Below are positions 9,788 through 20,500 of a stretch of 35,979 nucleotides of DNA, one piece after another. The stretch is from an uncultured bacterium (GTDB lineage Bacteria > Verrucomicrobiota > Verrucomicrobiia > Verrucomicrobiales > DEV007), in the NCBI GenBank assembly GCA_963977015.1, contig CAXBMO010000038.1, forward strand, positions 1 through 35,979. The letters are read 5' to 3'. A model generated the notes under the pieces. That model was given only the letters and a program-made list of their open reading frames with translations, did not search any database and was not told the DNA's origin. Both the position numbers and the translations under genes were made by a program. The first letter of the stretch is position 1. Each line of letters begins with the position of its first letter.

Positions 9788-10375
9788 ATGGCCGGTCCAC
9801 GAAAGCCAGACGAAGATAAGCCACTCGTGGAACGTGCCCAAGACGGGGACACGGAGGCTTTTGATGAACTGATTCGAAAGCACAATTCGAAGTTGTACGG
9901 GTTGGTCTACAACATGACGTCCAATCATGAGGATACGAACGACCTTCTGCAGGACATTTTCGCCAAAGCCTATCGGAGCCTGAAGCGATTTCAGGGAAAG
10001 AGCACGTTTTACACCTGGATTTACTCGATTTCGGTCAACATGACCCTGAATTTCCTCAAAAAGCGGAATCGGCAACGCAAGGTGAGCCTCGACGACGTGG
10101 ACTTGAACATTCAGAACGACTCCGATTTTATCGAGTCGACTTCCAAGTCGGATCCCGTCAAGGAGGTCAACATTTTGGAGCTTCAGCAAAGATTGAACGG
10201 TGCTATGCAGGCACTGTCAGAGGACCACAGAGCAGTCGTCACAATGTTCGATGTTATGGGTATGCCTCACAACGAAATCGCCAAGATTCTGAATGTTTCA
10301 CCCGGCACCGTTCGTTCCCGACTGTTTTACGCCCATCGTCAGTTGCAGAACTACCTCGAAGAGTTTCGGCAGTGA
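9788..10375 (+). CDS. ECF RNA polymerase sigma factor (RpoE-like)
   Basis: LVERAQDGDTEAFDEL, DLLQDIFAKAYRSLKRFQGKSTFYTWIYSI, EIAKILNVSPGTVRSRLFYA. Confidence 0.95.
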   Translation: MAGPRKPDEDKPLVERAQDGDTEAFDELIRKHNSKLYGLVYNMTSNHEDTNDLLQDIFAKAYRSLKRFQGKSTFYTWIYSISVNMTLNFLKKRNRQRKVSLDDVDLNIQNDSDFIESTSKSDPVKEVNILELQQRLNGAMQALSEDHRAVVTMFDVMGMPHNEIAKILNVSPGTVRSRLFYAHRQLQNYLEEFRQ

Positions 10376-10413
10376 CGTAAGGTCCCCACCACTCAAGACA
10401 CCCTCCCAAGATT

Positions 10414-10749
10414 ATGGACGATTTTGAAAAAGTCAGAAAATTGATCGCTCTGAAGCGTTACGAAACGCCTGGAGATGCCTATTTCGAGCGCTTTGTGGAT
10501 GAATTTCACGACAGGCAGCGCGCCGCGATGCTCAGGCTGCCGGTCCATCGCCTTTTTCTCGACCGGCTGGATACCTGGTTGTCGGGATGGGGCGGGAAAC
10601 AGTGGATCGCAGGGAGTATTGCCGGAGCGTGTGCCGCAGTCATTGCCCTCGCGATTTTTAGCGGCGGAAACTCCGAGGTCGCTCCTGATTTTCAGGGAGA
10701 ACTTGCGGTGGAGGAATTTGATTCCAACTCCCTGTTGCGAGAATTCTAG
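10414..10749 (+). CDS. Putative anti-sigma factor (single TM)
   Basis: Directly downstream of the ECF sigma; cytoplasmic LIALKRYETPGDAYFERFVDEFHDRQR followed by one TM helix. Confidence 0.65.
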   Translation: MDDFEKVRKLIALKRYETPGDAYFERFVDEFHDRQRAAMLRLPVHRLFLDRLDTWLSGWGGKQWIAGSIAGACAAVIALAIFSGGNSEVAPDFQGELAVEEFDSNSLLREF

Positions 10750-10782
10750 TCTTGGTAATCCAAAGGGCCTCCGCTCGATTCC

Positions 10783-11799
10783 GTGATTTCATTCGAATCC
10801 AGCCTCAAAGTGGCATTCTGCGGGTTTTTGCTGATCTGCTCAGCGATTGCCCAGAATAATGATCTGGAAGATGTCCCTTTGGCCGCGAACCGGGAAACGT
10901 CCATCGCGCCGACGTCGTTTCCCGTTCTGAGTGAAGTCACTCCTTCGCTGGTTCATGTTTATTGGCGGGGCGAGGCGCGAAGTAGAACGGAGCGAACGCC
11001 GGGATTTGCCTTGCCAAACGGCATGTTTGTCACGGTGCGGTCCTCGGCAAAGGTCGCCGAGAATGTCATCATTCGCTCGTCCACGAGTGATCATGAAGCT
11101 CGAATCGTATTGATCGATTCCAATTCGGGGCTGGTTTTGGCCAAAGGGAGCCGGAAAGCCGGTGAAGAAGTTCCCCCACTGAAGCTGGGAGCAAGCCGGC
11201 AACTTTACATTGGCGATTCGGCCTTTGCATTGACTCTGGATCAAGACGGGTTTGCTGAACAAACCGTCGATGGGGTTCTGATTGGCCGCGATCGAAAGGT
11301 TGAGGGGAAGGAGCTTCCGGTAGCGCATCTGCGCGTTCGAATTCCCGATGCCCTCTCCTTTGGCGGCTTGCCGTTGCTCGATGGAAGAGGGCGGGTGATT
11401 GGTGTCGATCTCGGTCGCCGATTGGATGACGACGGTGAAGAATTCCATGTGTTGCCGATCGAGGTGGCCTCAAAGTTGGCGACGGATCTTCAAGATTTTG
11501 GAAAGCGGGAAGACGCCTGGCTTGGTGTAACCTTCAACACCGGCACCACAACCGCCAAGGTGGTGTCCGTCCGGCCCGGATCGCCGGGAGACCAGGCCGA
11601 TATGAAGCCGGGAGACGTGGTGATTTATTTCGGGGGAGCCCGGATTGATACGCTGGACGATCTCTCGGACACCTGCTATTGCCTGACTCCGGGGCGGGCT
11701 GCCGATATCCATTTTCTGCGAGGGGTGACGCGAGTTCAGAAGCAACTCACCCCGGCGCCCAAATCGGCCAAACCGCAGACGGTTGGCCCAAAGCCGTAA
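10783..11799 (+). CDS. Secreted trypsin-like (S1C/HtrA fold) plus PDZ protein, probably catalytically inactive
   Basis: Signal peptide; PPLKLGASRQLYIGD, PLLDGRGRVIGV, AWLGV...VRPGSPGDQADMKPGDVV (PDZ). The catalytic triad motifs are degenerate. Confidence 0.8.
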   Translation: MISFESSLKVAFCGFLLICSAIAQNNDLEDVPLAANRETSIAPTSFPVLSEVTPSLVHVYWRGEARSRTERTPGFALPNGMFVTVRSSAKVAENVIIRSSTSDHEARIVLIDSNSGLVLAKGSRKAGEEVPPLKLGASRQLYIGDSAFALTLDQDGFAEQTVDGVLIGRDRKVEGKELPVAHLRVRIPDALSFGGLPLLDGRGRVIGVDLGRRLDDDGEEFHVLPIEVASKLATDLQDFGKREDAWLGVTFNTGTTTAKVVSVRPGSPGDQADMKPGDVVIYFGGARIDTLDDLSDTCYCLTPGRAADIHFLRGVTRVQKQLTPAPKSAKPQTVGPKP

Positions 11800-11891
11800 C
11801 GGCGGGAACCTTGTGGAAGGAAGGGGAGGGCTCAATGGCTTCGCAATTTGTTGGATTGCCGTTAGCAGGGAGTTTTGGTAGGAACTTGAAG

Positions 11892-13184
11892 ATGAAACTC
11901 AAGCTGCTCTGCGTTTTTCTGTTCGCGCTTGGTTCTTTTCAGCGGGCGATTGCGATTCCGGATACGTTCATCATCAACGGGAACGGGAACTTCATCATTC
12001 CGCCGGTCATCCCTGCCACGCCACGGTTCAATGCCGATTTGACGCGCCCGTTCCTGAATGTGGATGTCTGGCAGCAAGGCGAATTTCCGGGGCCGTGGGA
12101 AGATCAGCCCGGGCTTGGCGATGAATCGATCCGGAAAATGAGCGCGAACCCGGTGCTTTTTGGGGCGGTTCCGTATGCGGTTTTCGCCCATTCCAAAGCC
12201 GGGGAGACGCAGCAGATCACGATCACTTATCTTGATGCGGGGCCCTATTTCGGATTCAAACCGGGAGGAGAGAAAACGCATGCGGATCGCCGGGCCGGGG
12301 AGGAGAAACGTTCGGAGTTTGCCCATCAGTTCGATCAACTCACCCGCAATCTGACAACCCGGCTCGAAGGTGGTTGTGGTCCGCCGAAACTCACGACCGT
12401 GGGCCGGAGCAATCGGCTGAGAATGGTCTACAAGGATTATCAGTGGGAGGATTTCCTCATTCGACTTTCAGTGCGTCCGAATCACTCGATCAGTGTTTCG
12501 CTGTTGCGAGAGGATACCGTGTTCCGAAGTTTCATGGATGAGGAGATTGCCTCACTCTCCGCTCGGGAACGGGCGGATCGATGGGCCGGGAACGTCGAGT
12601 TTGCTGAGAACGGGGACCTCACCGTTTCGAGTATCCCGATGTTCAGCCAAGGCAATACTCCGTTTTGCGGCATTCATTCGTTGGCCATGGTTGGTCACTA
12701 TCTGGGGCTCAGAATGCCGGTCGACCTTCTTGAATCCAGCGCGAATCTCCGCAACACCGGCAGTGCGAGGGGCGCGGACATCATGGGGCTGTATCAGGCA
12801 ACGGCGGAGGAGGTAGATCTTCGCGTTCAGCTCTCGAGCCGATTCGATTCACGTCGAATCGAGCAATCGCTCGAAGCCGGCCTCCCGGTCATCGTCTGGA
12901 GACGCGTATCCGCCGAACGGGAAGAGGCTCACAATTTGTTTGCGGTGAAGTATGCCAAAAATCCGGACGCCAGACTTCCCGAACCCGGAAAGTCGGACGT
13001 CGAATCGTGGCCAAACCGCCACAAAAAAGGGAGCCCGTCCCACGCCTCGATCGTGTCCGGGATCAATCGCGATCGCAACGAGGCCATCCTCACGGAGCCG
13101 TGGGGTGAACACGCTCGCGGAAGACGAATTCGACTGGAGGAGTTGGAGGCGACGACCTACGCCGCGTTCTATTTTCGGCCTTGA
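11892..13184 (+). CDS. Secreted protein with a C-terminal C39-like (papain-fold) peptidase domain
   Basis: Signal MKLKLLCVFLFALG from ATG 11892; IPMFSQGNTPFCGIHSLAMVGHYLG (Q...C), SLEAGLPVIVWR, SHASIVSGIN, TEPWG. Confidence 0.75.
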   Translation: MKLKLLCVFLFALGSFQRAIAIPDTFIINGNGNFIIPPVIPATPRFNADLTRPFLNVDVWQQGEFPGPWEDQPGLGDESIRKMSANPVLFGAVPYAVFAHSKAGETQQITITYLDAGPYFGFKPGGEKTHADRRAGEEKRSEFAHQFDQLTRNLTTRLEGGCGPPKLTTVGRSNRLRMVYKDYQWEDFLIRLSVRPNHSISVSLLREDTVFRSFMDEEIASLSARERADRWAGNVEFAENGDLTVSSIPMFSQGNTPFCGIHSLAMVGHYLGLRMPVDLLESSANLRNTGSARGADIMGLYQATAEEVDLRVQLSSRFDSRRIEQSLEAGLPVIVWRRVSAEREEAHNLFAVKYAKNPDARLPEPGKSDVESWPNRHKKGSPSHASIVSGINRDRNEAILTEPWGEHARGRRIRLEELEATTYAAFYFRP

Positions 13185-13191
13185 GGCGAAT

Positions 13192-13935
13192 CTAGATTCC
13201 CACGACCGCTCGCCAGGTTTTCGCCATCAGGGCGTGACCGGCGATGCTTGGGTGAACGCCATCGCCCGCCCAGTATGCTGGCGCTGTGCCGAGGCTGACG
13301 GCGTAGTCGAACATCGTCTGAAAAGGAACCCAGACCGCGCCGGATTCTTCGGCGACCTGCTTGGCATAACCACGTCGCTTGTCGAAATCGGGGAACCAAT
13401 TGGCATTCACCGCACCGCAACGAAGCACGAACGGCTCACAAACCACGAGCGTCACATCCGGGAGCGCTTTCTTGGTCTCGGCCAGTAACGCCTTGAACCC
13501 GTCACGATAAACTTCTGCCGTTCCGTCATAACGACCGTTCAGTTTGTGCCAAATGTCGTTCACGCCGATCAGAATGCTGAGCACGGCTGGTTTTAGATCG
13601 AGAGCGTCGGCTTGCCAGCGGGCTTTGAGATCGGGAACCTTGTTTCCGGAAATTCCGCGATTCATGATCTTCAAATCCAGCATGCGGTGAGTGTCGAGCA
13701 AGCCCCCGGCGGCGTGCTGGGGATATCCGAACCCGAGAGCCTGAGGATCATTGGCACCCTTCCGGTTCTTGTCGCGACGTGCGTCCGTGATCGAGTCACC
13801 CTGAAACAGAACAACGTCCCCCTTTTTGAGCGAGGGCTTGTCTTGATCGGCGCAAGCGTTGCTCGCGATAAAAGTGGAAACGGCTGCAGAAGTTGCCAGG
13901 AAACCCCGGCGCGAAAAACTGGATTCTTCGTTCAT
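13192..13935 (-). CDS. SGNH/GDSL hydrolase with Tat signal
   Basis: SRRGFL Tat motif; FQGDSITD, NRGISGN, LIGVND, DGVHP. Confidence 0.93.
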   Translation of the reverse strand: MNEESSFSRRGFLATSAAVSTFIASNACADQDKPSLKKGDVVLFQGDSITDARRDKNRKGANDPQALGFGYPQHAAGGLLDTHRMLDLKIMNRGISGNKVPDLKARWQADALDLKPAVLSILIGVNDIWHKLNGRYDGTAEVYRDGFKALLAETKKALPDVTLVVCEPFVLRCGAVNANWFPDFDKRRGYAKQVAEESGAVWVPFQTMFDYAVSLGTAPAYWAGDGVHPSIAGHALMAKTWRAVVGI

Positions 13936-14024
13936 ATCCTTCCCACCAACAGTCTCTCAGCTTTCTTGCAAGCGGATTCTGCGATTGATCACGTTAATGG
14001 TGATTGGAAGTGGGGTGACCCTAC

Positions 14025-14936
14025 TCACTCCGCAAAAATTGCCGTTCGCGGATTCAGATCAACAACCCGCTCAATTTCGGTTTCTGACAACCGAAGGTGC
14101 TCAGCCAGATTGCGGCAAAGTGTCGGCATGGTGATCGTGGATCCCGCCAGATTCCGGGAGCCCGGGCGCCGGGCAATGCCTTCCTCGTCGACTTCGATGA
14201 CCAGGCCGGAAAGCTCGTGAAGGCCGGGGTCGAGCTTGGTCGCCGCAATCGCATCGGTCGTCATGATGGTTCGATCGAGGCCGACGAAATCGATGTAATT
14301 TCGAAGGGCGACAAAGTCGATGTGGGCTCCGTCTGGAATGAAGCAAAACCAAAGCTGGTCGCGAAGGTGTAGCATGCGCTGCAATGCGTTGTCGTGCCGG
14401 GGGAGCTCGACCGGGCAACCGTTTCCAAAGTGAGTGATCATGGTTAGGCCGTGATCGATCGCTCCTTGAAGTTGATCGACTGTTGGATCGCAATGCCCAG
14501 CCGAAACCACGACATCCCGGCTCGCGAAGAATTGAGTGGTGGCGAATCCGGGGTCATTCTCGGGAGCAAGGGTAACCAGTTTTGCCAATCCATGGGATGC
14601 ATCCCAAAGCCGCCTGGCGTCATCCGGATTTCCAGGTTTTACGTGGTCGGGCGAATGCGCCCCAATGAAGCCGGGCGCCGAATTGAGAAAAGGGCCTTCG
14701 ATGTGGAATCCTGCGATCAGATTTCGGGCGATTTCGTCCTTTTGACGCAATTTCACCAAATGCTCGAGCTTGCGGACCAGCCCCTCGATCGAGTCCGTTA
14801 TGACGGTCGCGAGAATCCCATCAAAGCCATCCTCCACCAAAGCCTGACAGCCTGAGTGCAGATCTTCCGTCGTCAGTTCCAACGAGCAGAAGTCCGCTCC
14901 GGCATAGCCGTTCACTTGGAGATCGAAGGGCTTCAT
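14025..14936 (-). CDS. nagA: N-acetylglucosamine-6-phosphate deacetylase (short form)
   Basis: DLQVNGYAG, GFHIEGPFL, GAH, LVTLAPE, SAGH, THFGN, PDGAH, TDA, LAGS. Confidence 0.88.
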   Translation of the reverse strand: MKPFDLQVNGYAGADFCSLELTTEDLHSGCQALVEDGFDGILATVITDSIEGLVRKLEHLVKLRQKDEIARNLIAGFHIEGPFLNSAPGFIGAHSPDHVKPGNPDDARRLWDASHGLAKLVTLAPENDPGFATTQFFASRDVVVSAGHCDPTVDQLQGAIDHGLTMITHFGNGCPVELPRHDNALQRMLHLRDQLWFCFIPDGAHIDFVALRNYIDFVGLDRTIMTTDAIAATKLDPGLHELSGLVIEVDEEGIARRPGSRNLAGSTITMPTLCRNLAEHLRLSETEIERVVDLNPRTAIFAE

Positions 14937-15031
14937 GCAAAGATGCTACGAGTGATTTTTCGAATCCGAAATCGAATTCCTGAGCGGGTTTTCCATTGAC
15001 TTGGGCATCTTGGGTAAGATAAGGGCCTAAC

Positions 15032-16144
15032 ATGCCCCCCGAAAATCCCCCGGATATTCAGCAACAGGCGAACGGACCTCTTCCGGCTCGCGATCAACAG
15101 ATCCTGTTGGTGATCATGGGGGTAATCATTGGCGTCTTTGCGGTTTGCGGGATTGGGAGCGCCTCCAATTCGTTGATGAGCATCACCCAAATTGGCTTGG
15201 TCAAAGCGGATATTGTGCAGTCGCTCAAGGACGAAGGAGTGCCGGATGCGGAGTTGTGGGTTGAGCGGGGGGAAGGGTTGGCGAAACGAATGGTGTGGAC
15301 GCAAATGCTGATGCAGCTGCTCAATGCGGTGGCGTTGGGATGGCTGGCGATTGGCTCCCTCCTCATGAAGCGTTGGAGCCAGAAGATTCTGCTGGCGTTG
15401 GGCTGGATGTGGTTGGCAACCACACTGCTCGCATTCTTTTCCGGGATCGGAGCTATCTCGCTCATCGTGGACGCGATCCAATCCGTTTCGCCGTCCATGG
15501 GCGGAAGTGGGTCCGTCATGATGATCGGCGGCGTTTGGGTGGCCGTCGCTCTGGGCGCGAACCTGATTCCTGCGGTCGTTCTGGTTCTCGTTTACAACCT
15601 TCGTGATGTTCGGCTGACGGTGATTCACCGGGATCCCGTTGAACGTTGGACCGATTCGGTGCCGCTCCCCGTGTTGTCGCTCTGGACGCTTCTGCTGACG
15701 TTCAGTCTTTATCTTGCGGCGATCAGTGCGGTGATGGGGGATGTGATTTGGCTGCCAATTGGCGTGCAGGGAATTTCGGGGATTCTGGGAGGTGTGGCCA
15801 TCGCTGCGACGGTCGGATATGCAGCGTGGCTCGTTGCAAAGCTCAATCCGATCGGGTGGTGGATTGCGTTGGTTGCGGCGATTTGCGTGACGTTTCTATC
15901 CGTCTACGCGATCATGAGTCTGGATTTTTGGGAGCTGATTGCCCAAATCGAATTACCGGACGAATTGATGGCGAAAATTCGCGGCGAATACACGGATGTC
16001 GTCGATCGCTTGAATCGCTCAGTCAAGAAGCTGTGGTTGCCGGCAGTGATTTACGGGTGCGGTTTGCTTGGCGCACTGGCTTGGCTGAAAAAGTTCTTTA
16101 ACGAGGAAGACGAAGCCCCCGGCTTGGGCCTGCGCCAGGACTAA
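15032..16144 (+). CDS. Hypothetical multi-pass membrane protein
   Basis: 370 aa with about 8 hydrophobic segments; DVRLTVIHRDPVERWTDSVPLPVL. Confidence 0.75.
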   Translation: MPPENPPDIQQQANGPLPARDQQILLVIMGVIIGVFAVCGIGSASNSLMSITQIGLVKADIVQSLKDEGVPDAELWVERGEGLAKRMVWTQMLMQLLNAVALGWLAIGSLLMKRWSQKILLALGWMWLATTLLAFFSGIGAISLIVDAIQSVSPSMGGSGSVMMIGGVWVAVALGANLIPAVVLVLVYNLRDVRLTVIHRDPVERWTDSVPLPVLSLWTLLLTFSLYLAAISAVMGDVIWLPIGVQGISGILGGVAIAATVGYAAWLVAKLNPIGWWIALVAAICVTFLSVYAIMSLDFWELIAQIELPDELMAKIRGEYTDVVDRLNRSVKKLWLPAVIYGCGLLGALAWLKKFFNEEDEAPGLGLRQD

Positions 16145-17577
16145 GCCAGGATCTCTTGGACGACATGGCCATGAACGTCGGTTAGGCGGAAGTCGCGGCC
16201 TTGAAAGCGGTGAATCAGCTTCTCGTGATCAAAGCCGAGTTGATGCAGGATGGTCGCGTGGAGATCGTGCACATGGATCTTTCCATCCACCACGCCAAAG
16301 CCTAACTCATCAGTTTCGCCATGGACGATTCCAGGCTGGAAACCTCCTCCGGCGACCCACATGGTAAAGGCGTCAATGTGATGATCCCGGCCGATGATCT
16401 TTTTCCGTTGTTCTCCCATCGGGGTCCGGCCAAACTCGCCCCCCCAAATGACGATGGTGTCGTCCAACAGACCGCGCTGCTTGAGATCGGTAACGAGCGC
16501 GGCGCTGGCCTGATCGATTTGCTTGCAGCGTTTCTCCAACGCATCGGCCAGGTTGGTATTCGGATTGCCGTGGTCGTCCCAATCCGTGTGATAGAGCTGA
16601 ACAAACCGAACACCGCGCTCCACCATGCGACGAGCCAAAAGGCAGTTGTTGGCGTAGGAGTTCGCGCCCGGCGTCGCTCCGTAGGATTCGAGAACCGAAT
16701 CGGGCTCTGACTTGATGTCCATGAGTTCGGGCGCGCTGGATTGCATCCGGTAGGCCATCTCGTAGGCGTTCAAACGGGTTGAAATCTCCGGGTCCCCGGT
16801 TTTCTGGAGACGTTCCTGATTGAGTTTGCCGACAACGTCAAAGAAGTCGGCCTGGCTCTGCGCGTTGATGCCCTTGGGGCTCGTCAAATTCAGGATGGGA
16901 TCGCCGGTCCCACGGAACGGAACACCCTGATACGAGGTTGGCAAAAACCCCGACGCCCAAAGAGAATTCCCGGCGCGTGGACCGCGGGGCCCGGATTGCA
17001 GCACGACGAAGCCGGGCAAATCCCGGGATTCGCTTCCGAGCCCATACGTTACCCAACTTCCCATTGCGGGACGCCCCGGAACCTGGAAACCGGTGTTCAT
17101 GAAAAGTTTGGCGGGACCGTGATTGAAAACGTCCGTCGTCATTCCCTTGAGGAAACAGAGATCCTTGGAAATTCCCGCAATGTTGGGAAGTAATTCGCTG
17201 ACTTGGGCTCCACCGGGACCGTGGCGTTTGAACTTGCGGGCTGAGCCCAGTAACTTTGCGCCTTTGCCAATGAAGGCGAAGCTCTTTTCCTTGGGGAAAA
17301 ACGAATCGGGAGCAAGCTGCCCGTCCAGTTCCTTCAGCTTCGGTTTGTCGTCAAACAACTCAAGTTGGCTGGGCCCTCCCGCCATGAACAGGAAAATCAC
17401 GTTTTTTGCCTTGGCCTTGAAGTGGCCGTCTCGGGGCGTCAACGGTCCAACTTGCTTGGCGGCCGTTGATTCCTGAGCCAGCAGATTGGCGAGCGCGATG
17501 GATCCAACGCCCACTCCACAATCCTGGAAGAAATGACGACGGGTTTGTTGCTGAGTAACGCTGGGCAGGTTCATCAT
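16141..17577 (-). CDS. DUF1501 family (sulfatase-like) Tat-exported protein
   Basis: TRRHFF Tat motif; AKNVIFLFMAGGPSQLELFD, FNHGPA, RPAMGSWVTYGLGSE, CLLARRMVERGVRFVQLY, WGGEFGRTP, GRDHH, HVHDLHATILHQLG. Confidence 0.93.
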   Translation of the reverse strand: MMNLPSVTQQQTRRHFFQDCGVGVGSIALANLLAQESTAAKQVGPLTPRDGHFKAKAKNVIFLFMAGGPSQLELFDDKPKLKELDGQLAPDSFFPKEKSFAFIGKGAKLLGSARKFKRHGPGGAQVSELLPNIAGISKDLCFLKGMTTDVFNHGPAKLFMNTGFQVPGRPAMGSWVTYGLGSESRDLPGFVVLQSGPRGPRAGNSLWASGFLPTSYQGVPFRGTGDPILNLTSPKGINAQSQADFFDVVGKLNQERLQKTGDPEISTRLNAYEMAYRMQSSAPELMDIKSEPDSVLESYGATPGANSYANNCLLARRMVERGVRFVQLYHTDWDDHGNPNTNLADALEKRCKQIDQASAALVTDLKQRGLLDDTIVIWGGEFGRTPMGEQRKKIIGRDHHIDAFTMWVAGGGFQPGIVHGETDELGFGVVDGKIHVHDLHATILHQLGFDHEKLIHRFQGRDFRLTDVHGHVVQEILA

Positions 17578-20500
17578 TCGCGGGTGATAAATTCGTCGGT
17601 GTTGATGAGGGCGCGGGCAACGGCCGTCCAGGACGCGGATTCGGCCACGTCCGTTGCGCCTTCCGTGGCCACCAATTTTGCGGACGGGAGATCCAGCGCA
17701 AACTGGGCTCTCTGCGAAATCTGGAAGCTGGAGATGACGTCCATTTCACGTTCGCTGGGCTGCCTGGCGTAACAAAGTTCGAATCCAAGCGTGATGCGTT
17801 CTTCCGGAGAGTCGGCTTCGCGCAACAACCGTTCGGATAAGCCTTTTGCCATCTCAAACAACGCCAGACTGTTGGCAACGGTGAGCGCTTGAAGCGGAGT
17901 GTTGGACCGTTCGCGTCGCGTGCAGACCGTTTGGAAATCGGGCACATCAAACGTGCTCAACATCGGGTAGGGCGCGCTGCGATAAAATTTCGTGTAGAGC
18001 GCGCGGCGATAGCGATTGGAGCCTCGATCATCGACCCAGTTTTTCGAGGTTTGAGTGAAGGCGTAGACCCCGGTTGGCTGTGGTGGGCGAACGCTGGGGC
18101 CGCCAATTTGCGGGAAGAGCAGGCCGCTTGCTCCCAGCGCGGCATCCCGGATGATCTCGGCATCAAAGCGGAGCCGGTTTTGTCGGGCGAGCAAGAGATT
18201 GCGAGCATCGATTTCCATCAGCTCAGGTCGGTGGTGAGACGATTGTTGATAGGTTGCGGAGGTCACGATCAACTTGTGGAGCTTCTTCATCGACCACCCC
18301 GCATCCGTCCGAAACCAATTCGCGAGCCAGTCTAGGAGTTCGGGATGCGTTGGAAAGGTTCCCTGGGTGCCGAAGTCGTTTTCCGTTTCCACCAATCCGA
18401 GACCGAAGTAGCGCATCCAGACCCGATTTACGGTAACGCGCGCCGTAAGCGGATTTGCGTCGGAGACCAACCACCTCGCCAGATCCAGCCGTGTCGGGAG
18501 TTCGGCATCTGTGGTGAGGGGAGGCAGGACTTCCGGAACGTCAGGATGAAGCAAGCCGGTCTCCTGGTCCTTTCGCAGGAAATCACCCCGAATGTGGATG
18601 TAGGTTTCTCTCGGTTTTTTAAGGTCCGCCATGACCATCGCCCTGGCGTTCTCCTTTCCAAGTCCCATTTTTTGGCGAAGGGCGGCAAGCTCTTGCTCTG
18701 TCTCTTTGCGCGCTTGATCTTCGCGATCAAACTGGGTGCTCAGTAGCTTCTTCTGGGAATCGGTCCGTTCTTTTTTGGGGATTTGGAGGGCTGCGAGCAG
18801 TTGCTCATGATGGGTGGGGGCCGGGATGGTCGAGGAAACGTCGATCGCAAATCGTCCCACGTTGTAATGGGGATTTTTCTCATGGCGCAGGACGGTGCGG
18901 AGCGCTGTTCCCGGAGGAAGGGGATGGGCGAGAATGAGGTGAACCTCGTGATTGGCGTTCATTTTGGCGCCTGGCGAGGAGCCCCGGCCAACATTGATGG
19001 CCCAACCGGTATTCGGATTTTGGTCAATGACGCCCGCGGCATCATAGCCGGGCTGAGAATGATCGGCTTGAACTCGAGCGACCGGGACCCGCTCATCGCC
19101 ATTCCAGAGCTCAACCTCGGTGAGAACGAAGTTGCCATTCCCGGCCAAACCGGGCCCATTTTTGGGCAATCGTGGTTCCGTGAGGACCTGAAGTCGAACC
19201 GCGGCGACGGCTTCAGGCGAAGGTTCCAGATCCACGTGATAAGCTTCGTTCGCCGCTCCCTTGCCCGCGAGAACGGATGCATCGGCCATGACTTGAAGAG
19301 GTGCGCCACCGGCTGCTTTCACGGTGGAGGGAAGCCGTCGCGTCCAGTGAGTTGGAGCATCGCCTTTTTCTGGTTTGAGGGACTTTTCCCAAGCCGCCTG
19401 TCGTTGATCACGTGTTTTCGCGAGCTTGGCCAACGTGGTTTTGGCCTTCTCAACCTGCTGGGTCAGAAGCGGGTCAATCTCCCCGAGAAAAAGTTCTCCC
19501 TCACCCACTTCCACGGTTGGACCGGTATTGTTCACGTCCACGCCATGATTGAAAAACGCGAACATCTTGAAGTAGTCGCGATGAGTGATCGGGTCGAATT
19601 TGTGGGTGTGGCACTGGGCGCAACCGAGCGTGAGGCCTAACCAGACGGCTCCGGTCGTGTTGACGCGATCGACAACGGCCTCATTGCGGAACTGCTCGTT
19701 GTCGGTTCCTCCCTCCTGATTGATCAGGGTGTTGCGATGAAATCCGGTCGCGACGCGTTGGGCCTTGGTCGGGGAGTTGAGCAGATCGCCAGCAAGTTGT
19801 TCGATCGTGAATTGGTCGAACGGCAGATCGTCATTGATCGCGCGAATGACCCAATCCCGGTAGGGCCACATGACCCGGTCGCCGTCGATGGTGTATCCAT
19901 TCGAGTCGGCATAGCGGGCTTGGTCGAGCCAATGCCGGCCCCAGCGTTCTCCATGATGAGGGCTTGCCAGGAGTTGATCGGCATAGGCCTCGAGAGCCCG
20001 TTCCCGGTTCTTCGAATAGGCCGCGACAAACTCTTTGGTCTGTTGGGGCGTCGGGAGCAGGCCAATGACATCAATGGCGATCCGCTTGGCGAGTGTGTGG
20101 GGATCGGCCGGCGGTGCCGGTTTGATGGTGTGCTCACCCAGTTTTCTGGCGATGAACCGGTCGATCGGATTCGCGGCCCAGTTTTTTCCTGCCGAGGGAG
20201 GATCGACGGATGCGATGGGCTCAAACGACCAATGTCCCTGGTATTGCGCACCTTCCTTGATCCATCTCCGCATCAAGTCGATCTCCGACTTCGTGAGCGG
20301 TTGCTTCTTCGACTTCAGCGGAGGCATGATGTCGTCTTCCGCGTGTTCCGAGATTCGGAAGAGCAGCTCGGATTGTTCGGGATCGCCCGGGACGATCGCG
20401 GCATGGCCCCCCAAATCCGCGGTGGCGTGTTCAAACGAGTCGAGCCTCAATCCCGCTTCGACCGTTTCTTCGTCAGGACCGTGGCATTGGAAGCAGCGAT

